DNA from: Alphaproteobacteria bacterium
Lineage (GTDB): Bacteria; Pseudomonadota; Alphaproteobacteria; GCA-2731375
Length of the DNA: 64,000 bases
Direction: 5' to 3'
Assembly (NCBI GenBank): GCA_965232515.1
Contig: CBDDPY010000002.1
Coordinates: 2,176,001 to 2,240,000 of the forward strand
The notes under the pieces are model-generated. The model saw nothing but the letters and a program-made list of their open reading frames with translations. It was not told where the DNA came from and did no database searches. Shown piece after piece: positions 19,444 through 29,803 of this stretch; the stretch's first letter is position 1, and the number at the start of each line of letters is the position of its first letter. The translations under genes were made by a program, and so were the position numbers.

Positions 19444-20697
19444 ATGCAAGACGTTTACATCATCGGTACCCATTCGACGCCGTTCGCCAAGTATCCGAAG
19501 AAGAGCTTCAAGGACCTGGCGCGCGAGACCTATCTGGGCGTGCTGGCCGATGCCGGCCTGGAGAACGGCGACGACATCGAGTTCGCCTGGTTCGGCAATT
19601 GCGGCATGGGCTCGTGGGGACAGCCGAACGTGCGCGGCCAGGTCTGCTTCACGCCGCTGGTGCGCGAGGGCCTGTTTCCCGAACGCGTGCCGATGATCAA
19701 CGTCGAGGGCGCCTGCGCCACGGCGTCGATGGCGCTGCACGGCGCCTGGAAGGATATCCTCAGCGGTCAAACGCAAGTCTCGCTCGCCGTCGGCGTCGAG
19801 AAGACCTTCATTCCCGACGAGCCGGAGAAGACCTTCGCGCTGTTCGCCGGCGGCATCGACCAGCTCGATCCGCGGGAATGGCAGGACCACTACGCGGCGG
19901 CGGGCGACAAGGCCGGCAAGCCGTTCGAGACCGGGCCCGGACGCACGGTGTTCATGGACACCTACGCCATGCAGGCCTGCCATCACATGAAACGCTTCGG
20001 CACAACGCAGCGGCAGATCGCCGTCGGCGCCGCGAAAAACCACAACAACGGCGCCATGAACCCGAACGCGCAGTACCGCTTCGAAATGTCGGTCGACGAC
20101 GTGCTGGCCGACCGCGAGGTGAGCTATCCGCTGACCCGCGCCATGTGCGCGCCGATCGGCGATGGCGCCGCCGCGGCCTTGGTCTGCTCGGCCGATTACC
20201 TCGCCGCCCAGCCGGCCGCCGTGCGTGACCGCGCGGTCAAGTTGAGGGCGAGCGCAATTGCCGGCGGCAAGTACCGCGATCTGGATGAGCCCAGCCTGAC
20301 CCGGCCGGCGGCGCAGAAGGCCTACGACATGGCCGGCCTGACGCCGGACGACATCAACGTGGCCGAGGTGCACGACGCCACCTCATTCTGCGAGGTCTTC
20401 CAGGTCGAGATGCTGGGCTTCTGCGCCGATGGCGAGGGCGGCCGCTTCGTCGAGGACGGCAACACAATGCTGGATGGCCGCATTCCCATCAACACCTCGG
20501 GCGGCCTGGTCTCGAAGGGCCATCCGGTCGGCGCCACGGGCCTGTCGATGATCCACGAGCTGGCCCAGCAGCTGCGCGGCGAGGCCGGCCCGCGGCAGGT
20601 CAAGGACGCGCGCCGGGCACTGGCCGAGAACGGCGGCGGCGTCATCGGCTTCGAGGAAGCGGCTGTCTGCATCTCAATCCTCGAACGCGCGGACTGA
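19444..20697 (+). CDS. Thiolase family protein (SCP2/lipid-transfer type)
   Basis: NVEGACATAS, AEVHDAT and SGGLVSKGHPVGATG. Confidence 0.9.
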   Translation: MQDVYIIGTHSTPFAKYPKKSFKDLARETYLGVLADAGLENGDDIEFAWFGNCGMGSWGQPNVRGQVCFTPLVREGLFPERVPMINVEGACATASMALHGAWKDILSGQTQVSLAVGVEKTFIPDEPEKTFALFAGGIDQLDPREWQDHYAAAGDKAGKPFETGPGRTVFMDTYAMQACHHMKRFGTTQRQIAVGAAKNHNNGAMNPNAQYRFEMSVDDVLADREVSYPLTRAMCAPIGDGAAAALVCSADYLAAQPAAVRDRAVKLRASAIAGGKYRDLDEPSLTRPAAQKAYDMAGLTPDDINVAEVHDATSFCEVFQVEMLGFCADGEGGRFVEDGNTMLDGRIPINTSGGLVSKGHPVGATGLSMIHELAQQLRGEAGPRQVKDARRALAENGGGVIGFEEAAVCISILERAD

Positions 20698-20707
20698 CCG
20701 CCCTCGC

Positions 20708-21469
20708 TTAAGGCAGGGGCGACAGGCCGGGCGGCGGCCCGGCCTTTTCGGCCGTCAGCACCTGGAAGGTGCGCAAGCGGCGCGGCAGCACCGCGAACAG
20801 CACCCGCGCCAGCGCGCCCTTCTTGCCGCGCGGATAGTGGTAGTGGTGAAAGCCGGTCTCGGTGACGGTGAAGTTGCCGAGCGCCAGAAAGCGCCGGATC
20901 TCGGCCGGCGAATACTCGCGCACGTGCCCCATATGGCCGAGATGGCGGAGCTGCGAGAACGCCGCGACCGGATCGTTGGTGCCGTAGCCCAGCACGAAGC
21001 GCGCGATGTTCTGCACCGAATAGAGGTTGGGCGTCGTCAGCAGCAGTCGACCGCCCGGCCGCATCACCCGGTTAAGCTCGGACAGCACGAACAGCGGATC
21101 GACGCGCAGGTGCTCGAACACCTCCGCGAAGACGACGCAATCGAATTGGCCGTCGTCGAACGGCAACGGCTCGCGCTCGATATCGCAGCGCTCGACGCGC
21201 AGTTCGTAACGGTCGATCAGCGTCTGCGCTCGCGCCGGCGCCACGTCGATCCCGATCACGTGAAATCCGGCGAGCTTCAACGCTACGGTCAGGTGGCAGG
21301 GCAGCGACCCAACCTCAAGAACATCGCCGTCCCGGTACAGCCGCCGCACGCGCGCGAGATCGTGTTCGTAGCGGCGGCGGTGGGCCGCAAAGTCGGTCCG
21401 GTGCCAGACCGCCGCCGGGCCGTCGATGGTCCTAATCGTCCGCGCCAGATCGTCGAGTTCGGAAGCCAT
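20708..21469 (-). CDS. Class I SAM-dependent methyltransferase
   Basis: VLEVGS, LPFDDGQFDCVVFAEVFEHL and MRPGGRLLLTTPN. Confidence 0.85.
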   Translation of the reverse strand: MASELDDLARTIRTIDGPAAVWHRTDFAAHRRRYEHDLARVRRLYRDGDVLEVGSLPCHLTVALKLAGFHVIGIDVAPARAQTLIDRYELRVERCDIEREPLPFDDGQFDCVVFAEVFEHLRVDPLFVLSELNRVMRPGGRLLLTTPNLYSVQNIARFVLGYGTNDPVAAFSQLRHLGHMGHVREYSPAEIRRFLALGNFTVTETGFHHYHYPRGKKGALARVLFAVLPRRLRTFQVLTAEKAGPPPGLSPLP

Positions 21470-21543
21470 GGCGCTATATACTACGGCGCCAGATCGGAGG
21501 CGACGGGCCGCGATCGCAGCCATCCGACATGGGTGTATCGGCA

Positions 21544-22335
21544 ATGGATTTCGGACTGAAGGACAAGGTCGCACTGGTGACCGGCGGCAGCCGGGGCATC
21601 GGCCGGGCGGTGGCGCTGACGCTCGCCGACCAGGGCATGCGGGTGGCGATCTGCGGCCGGACGCCGGAGAGCCTGGAAATGACGGTGGCCGACCTCCGTG
21701 GCAAAGGCATGGAGGCCTGGGGCTTCCAGGCCGACGTCAGCCGTCTGGACGACGTCGAGCGTTTCGTCGCCGAGGCCGTGGCGGCCGCGGGACGGGTCGA
21801 CGTGCTGATCAACAATGCCGTGACCTCGACCAGCGCGCCGTTCGACGAACTGACCGACGATCAGTTCCGCTACCATATCGACGTCAAGCTGATGGCGTAT
21901 ATCCGCATCGCCCGGCTGGTGTTGCCGCACATGGCGCAACAGGGCGGCGGGCGCATCGTCAATGTCGGCGGCATGACGGCCCGGATCGTGGCCCCGCTGC
22001 GGATGACCAACGGCGTGGTGAACGCCGGCGTCGCCAACTTCACCAAGCAGTTTGCCGGCTACGCCGCCCGGCACAATGTGACGGTCAATTGCGTGCACCC
22101 CGGCTACACCGCGACGGAACGGGTGACGCAGATCTTCGAGCGCGAGGCGAAGGACGGCGGCGTCGGCGTCGACGACATCATCGCCAAACGCACGGCCGAC
22201 ATTCCGCTCGGCAAACTCGTTCAGCCCGAGGACATCGCGGCGGCGGCGCTGTTCTTCTGCTCCCCCATGGCAGGCATGGTCACGGGACAGAGCATCGCCG
22301 TCGACGGCGGTTCCGGCGAGGCGGTGATCTATTAG
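21544..22335 (+). CDS. SDR family oxidoreductase
   Basis: TGGSRGIG, LINNA and VTGQSIAVDGG. The YxxxK motif appears replaced (NGVVN). Confidence 0.88.
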   Translation: MDFGLKDKVALVTGGSRGIGRAVALTLADQGMRVAICGRTPESLEMTVADLRGKGMEAWGFQADVSRLDDVERFVAEAVAAAGRVDVLINNAVTSTSAPFDELTDDQFRYHIDVKLMAYIRIARLVLPHMAQQGGGRIVNVGGMTARIVAPLRMTNGVVNAGVANFTKQFAGYAARHNVTVNCVHPGYTATERVTQIFEREAKDGGVGVDDIIAKRTADIPLGKLVQPEDIAAAALFFCSPMAGMVTGQSIAVDGGSGEAVIY

Positions 22336-22338
22336 GCC

Positions 22339-22962
22339 TCAGACGTCGGCGACGACGGAAACGCCGTATTCCAGGCTTGCATCCTCGAGCCAGCGCCAGG
22401 CGTATTCGGCGAAGCTGCGGTGTACATAGATGTCGCAGGTCGGCCCCGTTTCGGGGTCGTCGGCGAGCGCGTGCAGCAGCATGTGCGTGCGGGCGAGGTT
22501 GGACTGGGCGCACTGGGGCGGCGCGAAGACGGTGGGGTGCAGATCGAGGCTGCAGCCCTTGGCGAGGACGTCGCGCGCATGCCGGCCGCCGAGACCGATG
22601 ACCGCCCGGCTTTCGCTGACATTGGTCACCGCGTGATGGCTGTTCGACAGCGACTGGCGCAGCGCGCTCGCCATGCCCGGCCCGTCGCCCGGCGTGACGA
22701 TCAGCCATTCGCTGGGTCCGAGCCACAGCGCCGTCACCTCGCCGTGGCTCGCCGTCGTGTTCGGCGTCAGCGGCAGATCGAAACCCATGCCCTCGCGGAA
22801 AGCCGCCAGGAACGTCGCGTCGTCGCTTTCGCCGCGCACCGCCACCTGGCCGCGAAACGGCCGCTCGCAAAGGCGCACACCGGATTCTGCCGTGCCCTCG
22901 CCGACCCGAGCCGCGATGTTGAGCGCGACGAGCCCGCTCTGCCGGCGCCAGTCGTCAGCCAC
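22339..22962 (-). CDS. soxG: Sarcosine oxidase gamma subunit
   Basis: LWLGPSEWL, LAKGCSLDLHP and RSFAEYAWRWL; the GTG start overlaps the soxA end. Confidence 0.9.
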   Translation of the reverse strand: MADDWRRQSGLVALNIAARVGEGTAESGVRLCERPFRGQVAVRGESDDATFLAAFREGMGFDLPLTPNTTASHGEVTALWLGPSEWLIVTPGDGPGMASALRQSLSNSHHAVTNVSESRAVIGLGGRHARDVLAKGCSLDLHPTVFAPPQCAQSNLARTHMLLHALADDPETGPTCDIYVHRSFAEYAWRWLEDASLEYGVSVVADV

Positions 22963-25957
22963 GGGCCCGCGCCCCCTCGGCGTCGAAGAACCGTGGCGGC
23001 GCGATCTTCGCCGGGACTGTTTGATCGTCGAAGAACAGATGCACGCGCTCGCCATGCCGGTCGCCGCCGCCCGAGACCAGGCCCAGAGCGATGGAGCGGC
23101 CGACATTGGGACTGTGGTAGCTCGACGTCACGTGGCCCAGCATCTTCTCCGGCGGCTTGGGGTTGGCCGTGCCGATGACCTGCGCGCCCTCGGGCACCAC
23201 AAGATCGGGGTCTTCGGTCAGGAGACCGACAAGCTGTTTGCGGTCGGGCCGGGCCGTGTCGGACCGTGACAGCGAGCGTTTGCCGATGAAGTCCTTTTTG
23301 CGGCTGACCATGGCGTCCATGCCGAGGTCGACCGGCGTCACCGTGCCGTCGGTTTCCTGACCGACGATGATGAACCCCGCTTCGGCCCGCAGCACGTGCA
23401 TGGCCTCGGTGCCGTAGGGGGTGATGGCGTATTTTTCACCCGCCGTCATCAGCGCCTGCCAGAGCGCCAGGCCGTAACTCGCCGGCACGTTGATCTCGTA
23501 GGACAGCTCGCCCGAAAAGCTGATCCGGAACACGCGGGCCGGGATACCGGCGACCCGCCCCATGCGCAGGCTCATGAACGGAAAAGCCTCGTTGTCGAGC
23601 TCGATGCCCTCGCTCAGCTCGGCCAGCAGCTTGCGCGCGTTCGGCCCGCCAATACTGGCGACGGCCCATTGTTCGGTCACCGAATTGCAATAGACCTTGA
23701 GATCAGGCCATTCGGTCTGCAGCCAGTTCTCCAGCCAGCCCAGCACGGCGGCGGCGTTGCCGGTGGTGGTGGTCATGTGGAAGTGCTGTTCGGCGAGGCG
23801 CGTAGTGACGCCGTCGTCGAAGACCATGCCGTCCTCATGCAGCATCAGGCCGTAGCGGCAGCGGCCGACGCCCAGCTTCGACCAGCCGTTGATGTAAATG
23901 CGGTTCAGGAACTCGGCCGCGTCCGGCCCCTGGATATCGATCTTGCCCAGCGTCGTCGCGTCGAGAACGCCGAGGCTGTGACGCGTCGCCTTGCACTCGC
24001 GCGCGACCGCGGCATGCATGTCCTCCTCGCCACGCTGATAGTAGCGCGGCCGCAGCCATTGGCCGACGGGCTCGAACACCGCGCCGTTGGTCACGTGCCA
24101 GGCATGCATCGGCGTCTTGCGCTCGGGATCGAGAAAGTCGCCATGGTCGCGGCCGGCGAAGGCGCTGAACGAGGCCGGCGTATAGGGCGGCCGGAAGGTC
24201 GTGGTACCGACCGCTTCGATATCGACGCCGAGCGTGCCGGCGACGATGGCGAGCGCATTGACGTTCGAGGTCTTGCCCTGATCGGTGCCCATGCCGGTCG
24301 TGGTGTAGCGCTTCACATGCTCGATCGAGCGATAGCCTTCGCGCGCCGCCAGATTGAGATCGGCCGCCGTCACGTCGTTCTGGAAATCGACGAAGTGCTT
24401 GGCGCCCCGCCCCAGCGCCGCCTTTCCCGGCACCAACCAGAGCGGCCGCATGGGTGTCGACTCCGGTAGCGCGTCGACCGTGGGCAGGCCCGAAGATTGT
24501 GCGCCGGCGGCGCCTGACGCTGCGGCGCCCGCCGCTGCGCCCTCGGCGAGGCAAGCCGCCAGATCGAAGTCACCGTTGGCGGCGCCGACGGAGCGCTCGG
24601 CCTGCCGCGACGCGTCCGGCACAAAGGCCGATTTCTCCTGATCGAACCGCAGGCGGCCGCCGGACTGCGAGAACAAATGCACGGTCGGATTCCAGCCGCC
24701 GGAAATCGCCAGCAGTTCGCACTCAAGGCGCCGCGGCAGGCTGACGACCGCCGTGCCGCCGTCATCGAGCCGCTGTACATCCACCGCCGTCACGCCCCGC
24801 GCGCCGTAGACGCCGACAACGGCCTCGCCGGCATAGATGGCGATGCCGGCCTCGCGCGCCCGGTCGACGTAGGCGCCGGTGATATCGGGGCGCAGATCGA
24901 CAATGGCGGCGACCGTAATCCCGGCGTCCGCCATGTCCAGCGCCACACCGTAGGCGCTGTCGTTGTTGGTGAAGACCACCGCGCGCCGGCCCGGCCGCAC
25001 GCTGTAGCGATGCAGATAGCATTGCGCGGCGCTCGCCAGCATGACTCCGGGCCGGTCGTTGTCGGCGAAAACCAGCGGTCGTTCGATGGCGCCCGTCGCC
25101 AGCACGACCCGCTTCGCCCGGATCTTCCACAGGCGTTGGCGCGGTCGGTGCGGCGGCGGCACGGCCAGATGATCCGCCACCCGCTCGACGGCGGTCAGAT
25201 AGTTATGGTCGTGGTAGCCGATCACGGTCGTGCGCGGCAGCAGCCGGACATTGTCGCGGTCTTGCAATTCGTCAACGACGGACGCCGCCCAATCCGCCCC
25301 CGGCGCATCGTCGATACGCTCGCCGTTGCCCAACAGGCTGCCGCCGAAAGCCGGCTGCTCGTCGGCCAGTATCACCCGCGCGCCGCCCGCAGCCGCTGCC
25401 CGCGCGGCGGCGAGGCCGGCCGGACCGCCGCCGACAACCAGCACGTCGCAATGGGCGTGCATCTTGTCGTAGCGGTCGGGGTCGGGCTGCTCGGGCGAGC
25501 GGCCCATGCCGGCGGCATGCCGGATCACGACCTCGTAGGTCTCCCAGAAGCCCTTCGGCCACATGAAGGTCTTGTAGTAGAAGCCGGCCGGAAACAGCCG
25601 GCCAAGCGCGTTGTTCACAGCCCCGACATCGAATTTCAGCGACGGCCAGCGGTTCTGGCTTTCAGCTTCCAGGCCGTCGAACAGCTCGATCTGAGTCGCC
25701 CGCACGTTGGGCTCGGTGCGCGCGCCCTTTCGGAGCTGCACGAGCGCGTTTGGCTCCTCCGAGCCCGCCGTCATGATGCCGCGCGGCCGGTGGTACTTGA
25801 AGCTGCGGCCAACCATGCGCACGCCGTTCGCCAGCAGGGCCGAGGCCAGAGTGTCGCCGGCATAGCCGCGATACCAGCGGCCGTCGAAGCGGAAGTTCAG
25901 CGGCCGGCTGCGGTCGATGTCGCCGCCCTCGGGCAGGCGCAGATCATCCCCCCTCAT
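22955..25957 (-). CDS. soxA: Sarcosine oxidase alpha subunit
   Basis: GDTLASALLANG, RSFKYHRPRG, KRYTTTGMGTDQGK and a GcvT-like C-terminus. The ATG overlaps the soxD stop. Confidence 0.95.
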   Translation of the reverse strand: MRGDDLRLPEGGDIDRSRPLNFRFDGRWYRGYAGDTLASALLANGVRMVGRSFKYHRPRGIMTAGSEEPNALVQLRKGARTEPNVRATQIELFDGLEAESQNRWPSLKFDVGAVNNALGRLFPAGFYYKTFMWPKGFWETYEVVIRHAAGMGRSPEQPDPDRYDKMHAHCDVLVVGGGPAGLAAARAAAAGGARVILADEQPAFGGSLLGNGERIDDAPGADWAASVVDELQDRDNVRLLPRTTVIGYHDHNYLTAVERVADHLAVPPPHRPRQRLWKIRAKRVVLATGAIERPLVFADNDRPGVMLASAAQCYLHRYSVRPGRRAVVFTNNDSAYGVALDMADAGITVAAIVDLRPDITGAYVDRAREAGIAIYAGEAVVGVYGARGVTAVDVQRLDDGGTAVVSLPRRLECELLAISGGWNPTVHLFSQSGGRLRFDQEKSAFVPDASRQAERSVGAANGDFDLAACLAEGAAAGAAASGAAGAQSSGLPTVDALPESTPMRPLWLVPGKAALGRGAKHFVDFQNDVTAADLNLAAREGYRSIEHVKRYTTTGMGTDQGKTSNVNALAIVAGTLGVDIEAVGTTTFRPPYTPASFSAFAGRDHGDFLDPERKTPMHAWHVTNGAVFEPVGQWLRPRYYQRGEEDMHAAVARECKATRHSLGVLDATTLGKIDIQGPDAAEFLNRIYINGWSKLGVGRCRYGLMLHEDGMVFDDGVTTRLAEQHFHMTTTTGNAAAVLGWLENWLQTEWPDLKVYCNSVTEQWAVASIGGPNARKLLAELSEGIELDNEAFPFMSLRMGRVAGIPARVFRISFSGELSYEINVPASYGLALWQALMTAGEKYAITPYGTEAMHVLRAEAGFIIVGQETDGTVTPVDLGMDAMVSRKKDFIGKRSLSRSDTARPDRKQLVGLLTEDPDLVVPEGAQVIGTANPKPPEKMLGHVTSSYHSPNVGRSIALGLVSGGGDRHGERVHLFFDDQTVPAKIAPPRFFDAEGARARG

Positions 25958-26235
25958 GGCTCGACCTCGGGCGGCGATTCGCCCATGCGATAGACGGCCA
26001 GGATCTCGTGCGTCACGGTATGGCGGGCGACATTGAACCAGCGGCGGCAGCCCGCGGCGTGGTTCCAACGCTCGTACTGCACGCCCTTCGGGTTCTTGCG
26101 CATGAAGACATAGTCGCCCCAGGCGGTGTCGCTGAGGCCTTCGCTGTCGACCGGCCGGGCGATATGCGCTTCGCCGCCGCACTGAAATTCGCTTTCTTCG
26201 CGCGGGCCGCACCAGGGACAGGAAATCAACAACAT
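25954..26235 (-). CDS. soxD: Sarcosine oxidase delta subunit
   Basis: MLLISCPWCGPREESEF and HAAGCRRWF zinc motif. Confidence 0.94.
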   Translation of the reverse strand: MLLISCPWCGPREESEFQCGGEAHIARPVDSEGLSDTAWGDYVFMRKNPKGVQYERWNHAAGCRRWFNVARHTVTHEILAVYRMGESPPEVEP

Positions 26236-26246
26236 CAGCCCTATTC

Positions 26247-27497
26247 CTAATGCGCGACCGCAGCCGCGCCGTGCTCCGCGACAAGTTCGCCCGAGTAGAA
26301 CCGGTCGAGCTTGAATGGCGCGTTGATGGCGTGCGGCTCGTCCCGCGCGATGGTGTGCGCGAAGGTCCAGCCGGAAGCGGGCGTCGCCTTGAAACCGCCC
26401 GTGCCCCAACCGCAATTGAAGTAGAGGCCGCCAACGGGCGTCTTCGAGATGATCGGGCTGGCGTCCGGCGCGATGTCGACGATGCCGCCCCACGACCGCA
26501 GCATGCGCACACGGCCGAACATCGGGAACAGCTCGACGATGGCGCGGATCGTCTCCTCGATGATCGGCAGGCTGCCGCGCTGGGCGTAGGAGTTGTAGAG
26601 GTCGGCGCCGGCGCCGATCACCAGCTCGCCTTTGTCGGACTGGCTGATATAGGCGTGCACGGCGTTTGACATGACGACCGTGTCCAGCACCGGTTTGATC
26701 GGTTCCGAGACCAGCGCCTGTAGCGGATGGCTGTCGATCGGCAGGCGGAAGCCGGCCATGTCGGCCAGCACCGTGGCGTGGCCGGCGACGACGACGCCGA
26801 CCTTGGCGGCGCCGATGAAGCCCTTCGTGGTCTCGACGCCCTGCACCGCGCCGTCGTGGATGCGGAACCCCGTGACCTCACAGTTCTGAATGATGTCGAC
26901 GCCGCGCTTGTCCGCGCCCCGGGCATAACCCCAGGCGACCGCGTCATGCCGGGCGACGCCGCCGCGGCGTTGCAGCGTGGCGCCCAGCACCGGATAGCGT
27001 GCATCGGGATCGCAGTTCAGGATCGGGCAGAACTCCTTCACCTGCGACGTGCTCAGCCAGTCGGAGTCGACGCCGTTCAGATGATTGGCATAGCAGCGGC
27101 GTTTCAGCTCGCGCACGTCGTGCTCGTTGTGCGCCAGGTTCATGACACCGCGCTGACTGAACATGACGTTGTAGTTCAGGTCCTGGCTCAGGCCTTCCCA
27201 GAGCTTCAGCGCGTGCTCGTAGAGGCCGGCGCTTTCGTCATAGAGATAGTTGGAGCGGATGATCGTGGTGTTGCGGCCGGTATTGCCGCCGCCGATCCAG
27301 CCCTTCTCGACCACCGCAACGTTCGTCAGGCCATGCAGCTTGGCAAGGTAATAGGCCGTCGCCAGGCCGTGCCCGCCGCCGCCGACGATCACGACATCAT
27401 AGCTCGGCCGCGGCTCCGGGCTGCGCCAGACCGATTGCCAATTCTCATGATAGCTCAGCGCATTACGCGCCAATGCGAAGATGGAGTATTTGGACAG
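26247..27497 (-). CDS. soxB: Sarcosine oxidase beta subunit
   Basis: [25 protein letters not shown] and [11 protein letters not shown]. The start is probably CTG 27497 (SKYSIFAL); the ORF track uses TTG 27473. Confidence 0.95.
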   Translation of the reverse strand: MSKYSIFALARNALSYHENWQSVWRSPEPRPSYDVVIVGGGGHGLATAYYLAKLHGLTNVAVVEKGWIGGGNTGRNTTIIRSNYLYDESAGLYEHALKLWEGLSQDLNYNVMFSQRGVMNLAHNEHDVRELKRRCYANHLNGVDSDWLSTSQVKEFCPILNCDPDARYPVLGATLQRRGGVARHDAVAWGYARGADKRGVDIIQNCEVTGFRIHDGAVQGVETTKGFIGAAKVGVVVAGHATVLADMAGFRLPIDSHPLQALVSEPIKPVLDTVVMSNAVHAYISQSDKGELVIGAGADLYNSYAQRGSLPIIEETIRAIVELFPMFGRVRMLRSWGGIVDIAPDASPIISKTPVGGLYFNCGWGTGGFKATPASGWTFAHTIARDEPHAINAPFKLDRFYSGELVAEHGAAAVAH

Positions 27498-27614
27498 TTC
27501 AGATGTCCCCGCGCCGCCAGACCCCTGCTTATCGTTGGTCTGTTTATATCGCCGGCCCGTGACAGAACACCAGCATTTGCGACAACAAGCCGCCGCGGAG
27601 CGACGTCTTTCGGG

Positions 27615-29546
27615 CTAGAGCGTCAGACCGATGGCGTTGCCGCCGTGGATCGCGGCCATCAGGTCGCGCGGCGACTGGCTATCGCCGACCAGATGCACCT
27701 CGAGACCAGCGAGCGCGGCCGACAATGGCTCGTCGACGACGCGCGGCGTCGCGTAGACCAGCAGATCGACGTCCGCAATCGAGTCTTCACGTTGCGTGAA
27801 GACGTTAACATAACGCACTGTTTTATCTTTGAATTCGATCGGCTCCGCAGCCAGAATCTGTTCGACGCCGTTGCCATAGAGACGGCGATGCACGCCGATG
27901 GCGCTGCAGTAGTTCACGCGCTGGGCCAGTTGCGGGCGCGGGCTCATCAGGATGACGCGGTCGAAGTCCTGGGCCAGCAGGTCGGCGGTGGCGTAGGTGG
28001 CGGCGCTGTGGTCCTGGTCGAACAGCAGCGCTGTGTCGCCGCCATGCTGGCCGGAGACATACGCCCGCGCCGAGACGACAGGTGCGCTGTCGGGCGACAG
28101 CGTCGCGGGAAAACGCAGATCGGATCCCGTGGCGATGACGACGGCGTCGGGCTGCAGGGCCTTGATGTCATCCGGCGTCGCGCGTTTGCCGAGCCGGAAG
28201 GCGACCTGATGCCGCTCGGCGAGGTGCTGCTGGTGCCGGTAGACATTGGCCATGTCGGCGCGGCCGGGCAGCGCCGCTTCGAAACGCAGCCGGCCGCCGA
28301 CCTCGTCCGAAGCGCCCAGCACGGTCACACGGTGCCCGCGCGCCGCCGCCACCCAAGCGGCTTCCAGGCCGCCGGGACCGGCACCGACGACGACCACGTT
28401 GCGCGGCCGGTCGGCGGGCGGCGGCATCCAGTCGGCCTCGCCGGCCTCGCCCAGATGCGGGTTGTGGAACTCGCGCAGCGGCTTGCCGGCATGCACCTCG
28501 CCCCAGCAGTAGTTGTCGAATACCGATGGCCGGATCTCGGCCGCCCGGCCGGCGCGCGCCTTGTTGGCGAAGGCCGCGTCGGCGATCTGCGCCCGGGTCA
28601 TGCCGACGAGATCGCCATAGCCCTCGGCCACGACCTTCTCGGCCAGCTCCGGCGTGCCGATGCGGCCGAGCGCCATCACGGGAACGCCGTCCGCCACCGG
28701 ACGCAGGCGCTTGTGCAGATCGATGAAATGGCCGGGCCGATAGTTGATATCAGGCACATGGTCTTCCAGGCTCAGGCTGAAGTTGCCCTGGGCGTAGGCG
28801 AAATAATCGAGCAGCCCCAACGGCGCCAGGTGCGCGGTGATGCGGGCCGCCTCTTCCACATCGATACCGCCATCGACGCCCTCTTGCGCCGGCATCTTCA
28901 GGCCGACGATGAAATCGTCGCCGCAGGCGCGGCGGATGCCGTCGGCGATCTCGCGCACGAACCGGGACCGGTTCTCCAGGCTGCCGCCATAGCCGTCGTC
29001 GCGCGTGTTCGACCAGGGCGACAGGAACTGGGTGATCAGATAGCCATGCGCACCGTGCAGTTCGACACCGTCGAGACCGTAGGACTGCAAACGCGCCGCG
29101 ACCGACACGTAAGCATCGACGACCTGGCCGATTTCGGCCGCTGTCATCACGTGCGGCACGGTCCAGCTATAGGCATCGGGCTGGTTGGAAACGCCCATGG
29201 GCGAAATCGTCGGGTGCCAAAGCTGCTGCCGGCCGGGATGCCAGAGCTGCGCCACCAGGCAGCCACCGGCCGCGCGTACGCCGTCGGCTGTGCGCCGGAA
29301 GCCGTCGGCGTTGGCGTCGTCGAAGCCGGTGACGATGGCGCCCTGAGCGATGGCGTTCGGGTCGACCGCGATCACTTCCGAGACGATCAGGGCGGCGCCG
29401 CCGCGGGCCCGTTCGACCAGGAAGTTGGTCCAGCGCTCGGTGATGCGGTTTGCGACGCCGTAGTTGGTCAGCGTCGCCGGCAGCGCGATGCGATTGCGCA
29501 GCGTCTTCCGGCCGACTCGGAGCTCCGAAAACAGATTAGCCCACAT
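27615..29546 (-). CDS. NADH:flavin oxidoreductase (Old Yellow Enzyme + FAD/NAD domain); native N-terminus separated by a MITE
   Basis: LRNRI, ERARGG, ELHGAHGYLITQFLSP and VVGAGPGGLEAA. The ATG at 29546 lies inside the MITE inverted repeat; the original start is inferred at 29831. Confidence 0.88.
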   Translation of the reverse strand: MWANLFSELRVGRKTLRNRIALPATLTNYGVANRITERWTNFLVERARGGAALIVSEVIAVDPNAIAQGAIVTGFDDANADGFRRTADGVRAAGGCLVAQLWHPGRQQLWHPTISPMGVSNQPDAYSWTVPHVMTAAEIGQVVDAYVSVAARLQSYGLDGVELHGAHGYLITQFLSPWSNTRDDGYGGSLENRSRFVREIADGIRRACGDDFIVGLKMPAQEGVDGGIDVEEAARITAHLAPLGLLDYFAYAQGNFSLSLEDHVPDINYRPGHFIDLHKRLRPVADGVPVMALGRIGTPELAEKVVAEGYGDLVGMTRAQIADAAFANKARAGRAAEIRPSVFDNYCWGEVHAGKPLREFHNPHLGEAGEADWMPPPADRPRNVVVVGAGPGGLEAAWVAAARGHRVTVLGASDEVGGRLRFEAALPGRADMANVYRHQQHLAERHQVAFRLGKRATPDDIKALQPDAVVIATGSDLRFPATLSPDSAPVVSARAYVSGQHGGDTALLFDQDHSAATYATADLLAQDFDRVILMSPRPQLAQRVNYCSAIGVHRRLYGNGVEQILAAEPIEFKDKTVRYVNVFTQREDSIADVDLLVYATPRVVDEPLSAALAGLEVHLVGDSQSPRDLMAAIHGGNAIGLTL

Positions 29547-29803
29547 TTCTCACCACCCTCACGGTCTGCGTCGCGCACAGGCGTCCGATCCGCCAGGAGC
29601 GGGCCGAAAAGCGTAGCGGGGACTACGGTTGAGGCTCGCGACGCCGCGGGCGGGCGCCTGCGCGCGACCCTTCGGGCGGCGTCGTACTGCCGACAGGGGG
29701 CGTCGCGCTGCTTGCCCGATGCCCCACATCGCGCCGCGCAGCGCTCCTGCCCTGTCGGCAGCACGACGCCGCGCAGACCATGAGGGTGGTGAGAAATGTG
29801 GGC
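29539..29803. mobile_element. MITE-like non-autonomous element, 265 bp, 32-bp terminal inverted repeats, TA duplication
   Basis: GCCCACATTTCTCACCACCCTCA(C/T)GGTCTGCG at 29539-29570 is inverted at 29772-29803 with 1 mismatch. TA flanks both sides (29537-38, 29804-05). An internal hairpin pairs GGCGTCGTACTGCCGACAGGG with CCCTGTCGGCAGCACGACGCC. Confidence 0.8.

Noticed and set aside
25958-26512. N-terminal extension of soxA in the ORF track
   Set aside because: It overlaps soxD and soxB in another frame; the real start is the ATG overlapping the soxD stop.
22339-27497. sox genes as sulfur oxidation, given nearby tusA/ccdA/tauE
   Set aside because: The motifs are those of heterotetrameric sarcosine oxidase, not the thiosulfate Sox system.
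26727-29783. 1018-aa plus-strand ORF
   Set aside because: It is an antisense shadow of soxB and the OYE gene, expected from high-GC codon bias, and has no recognisable motifs.
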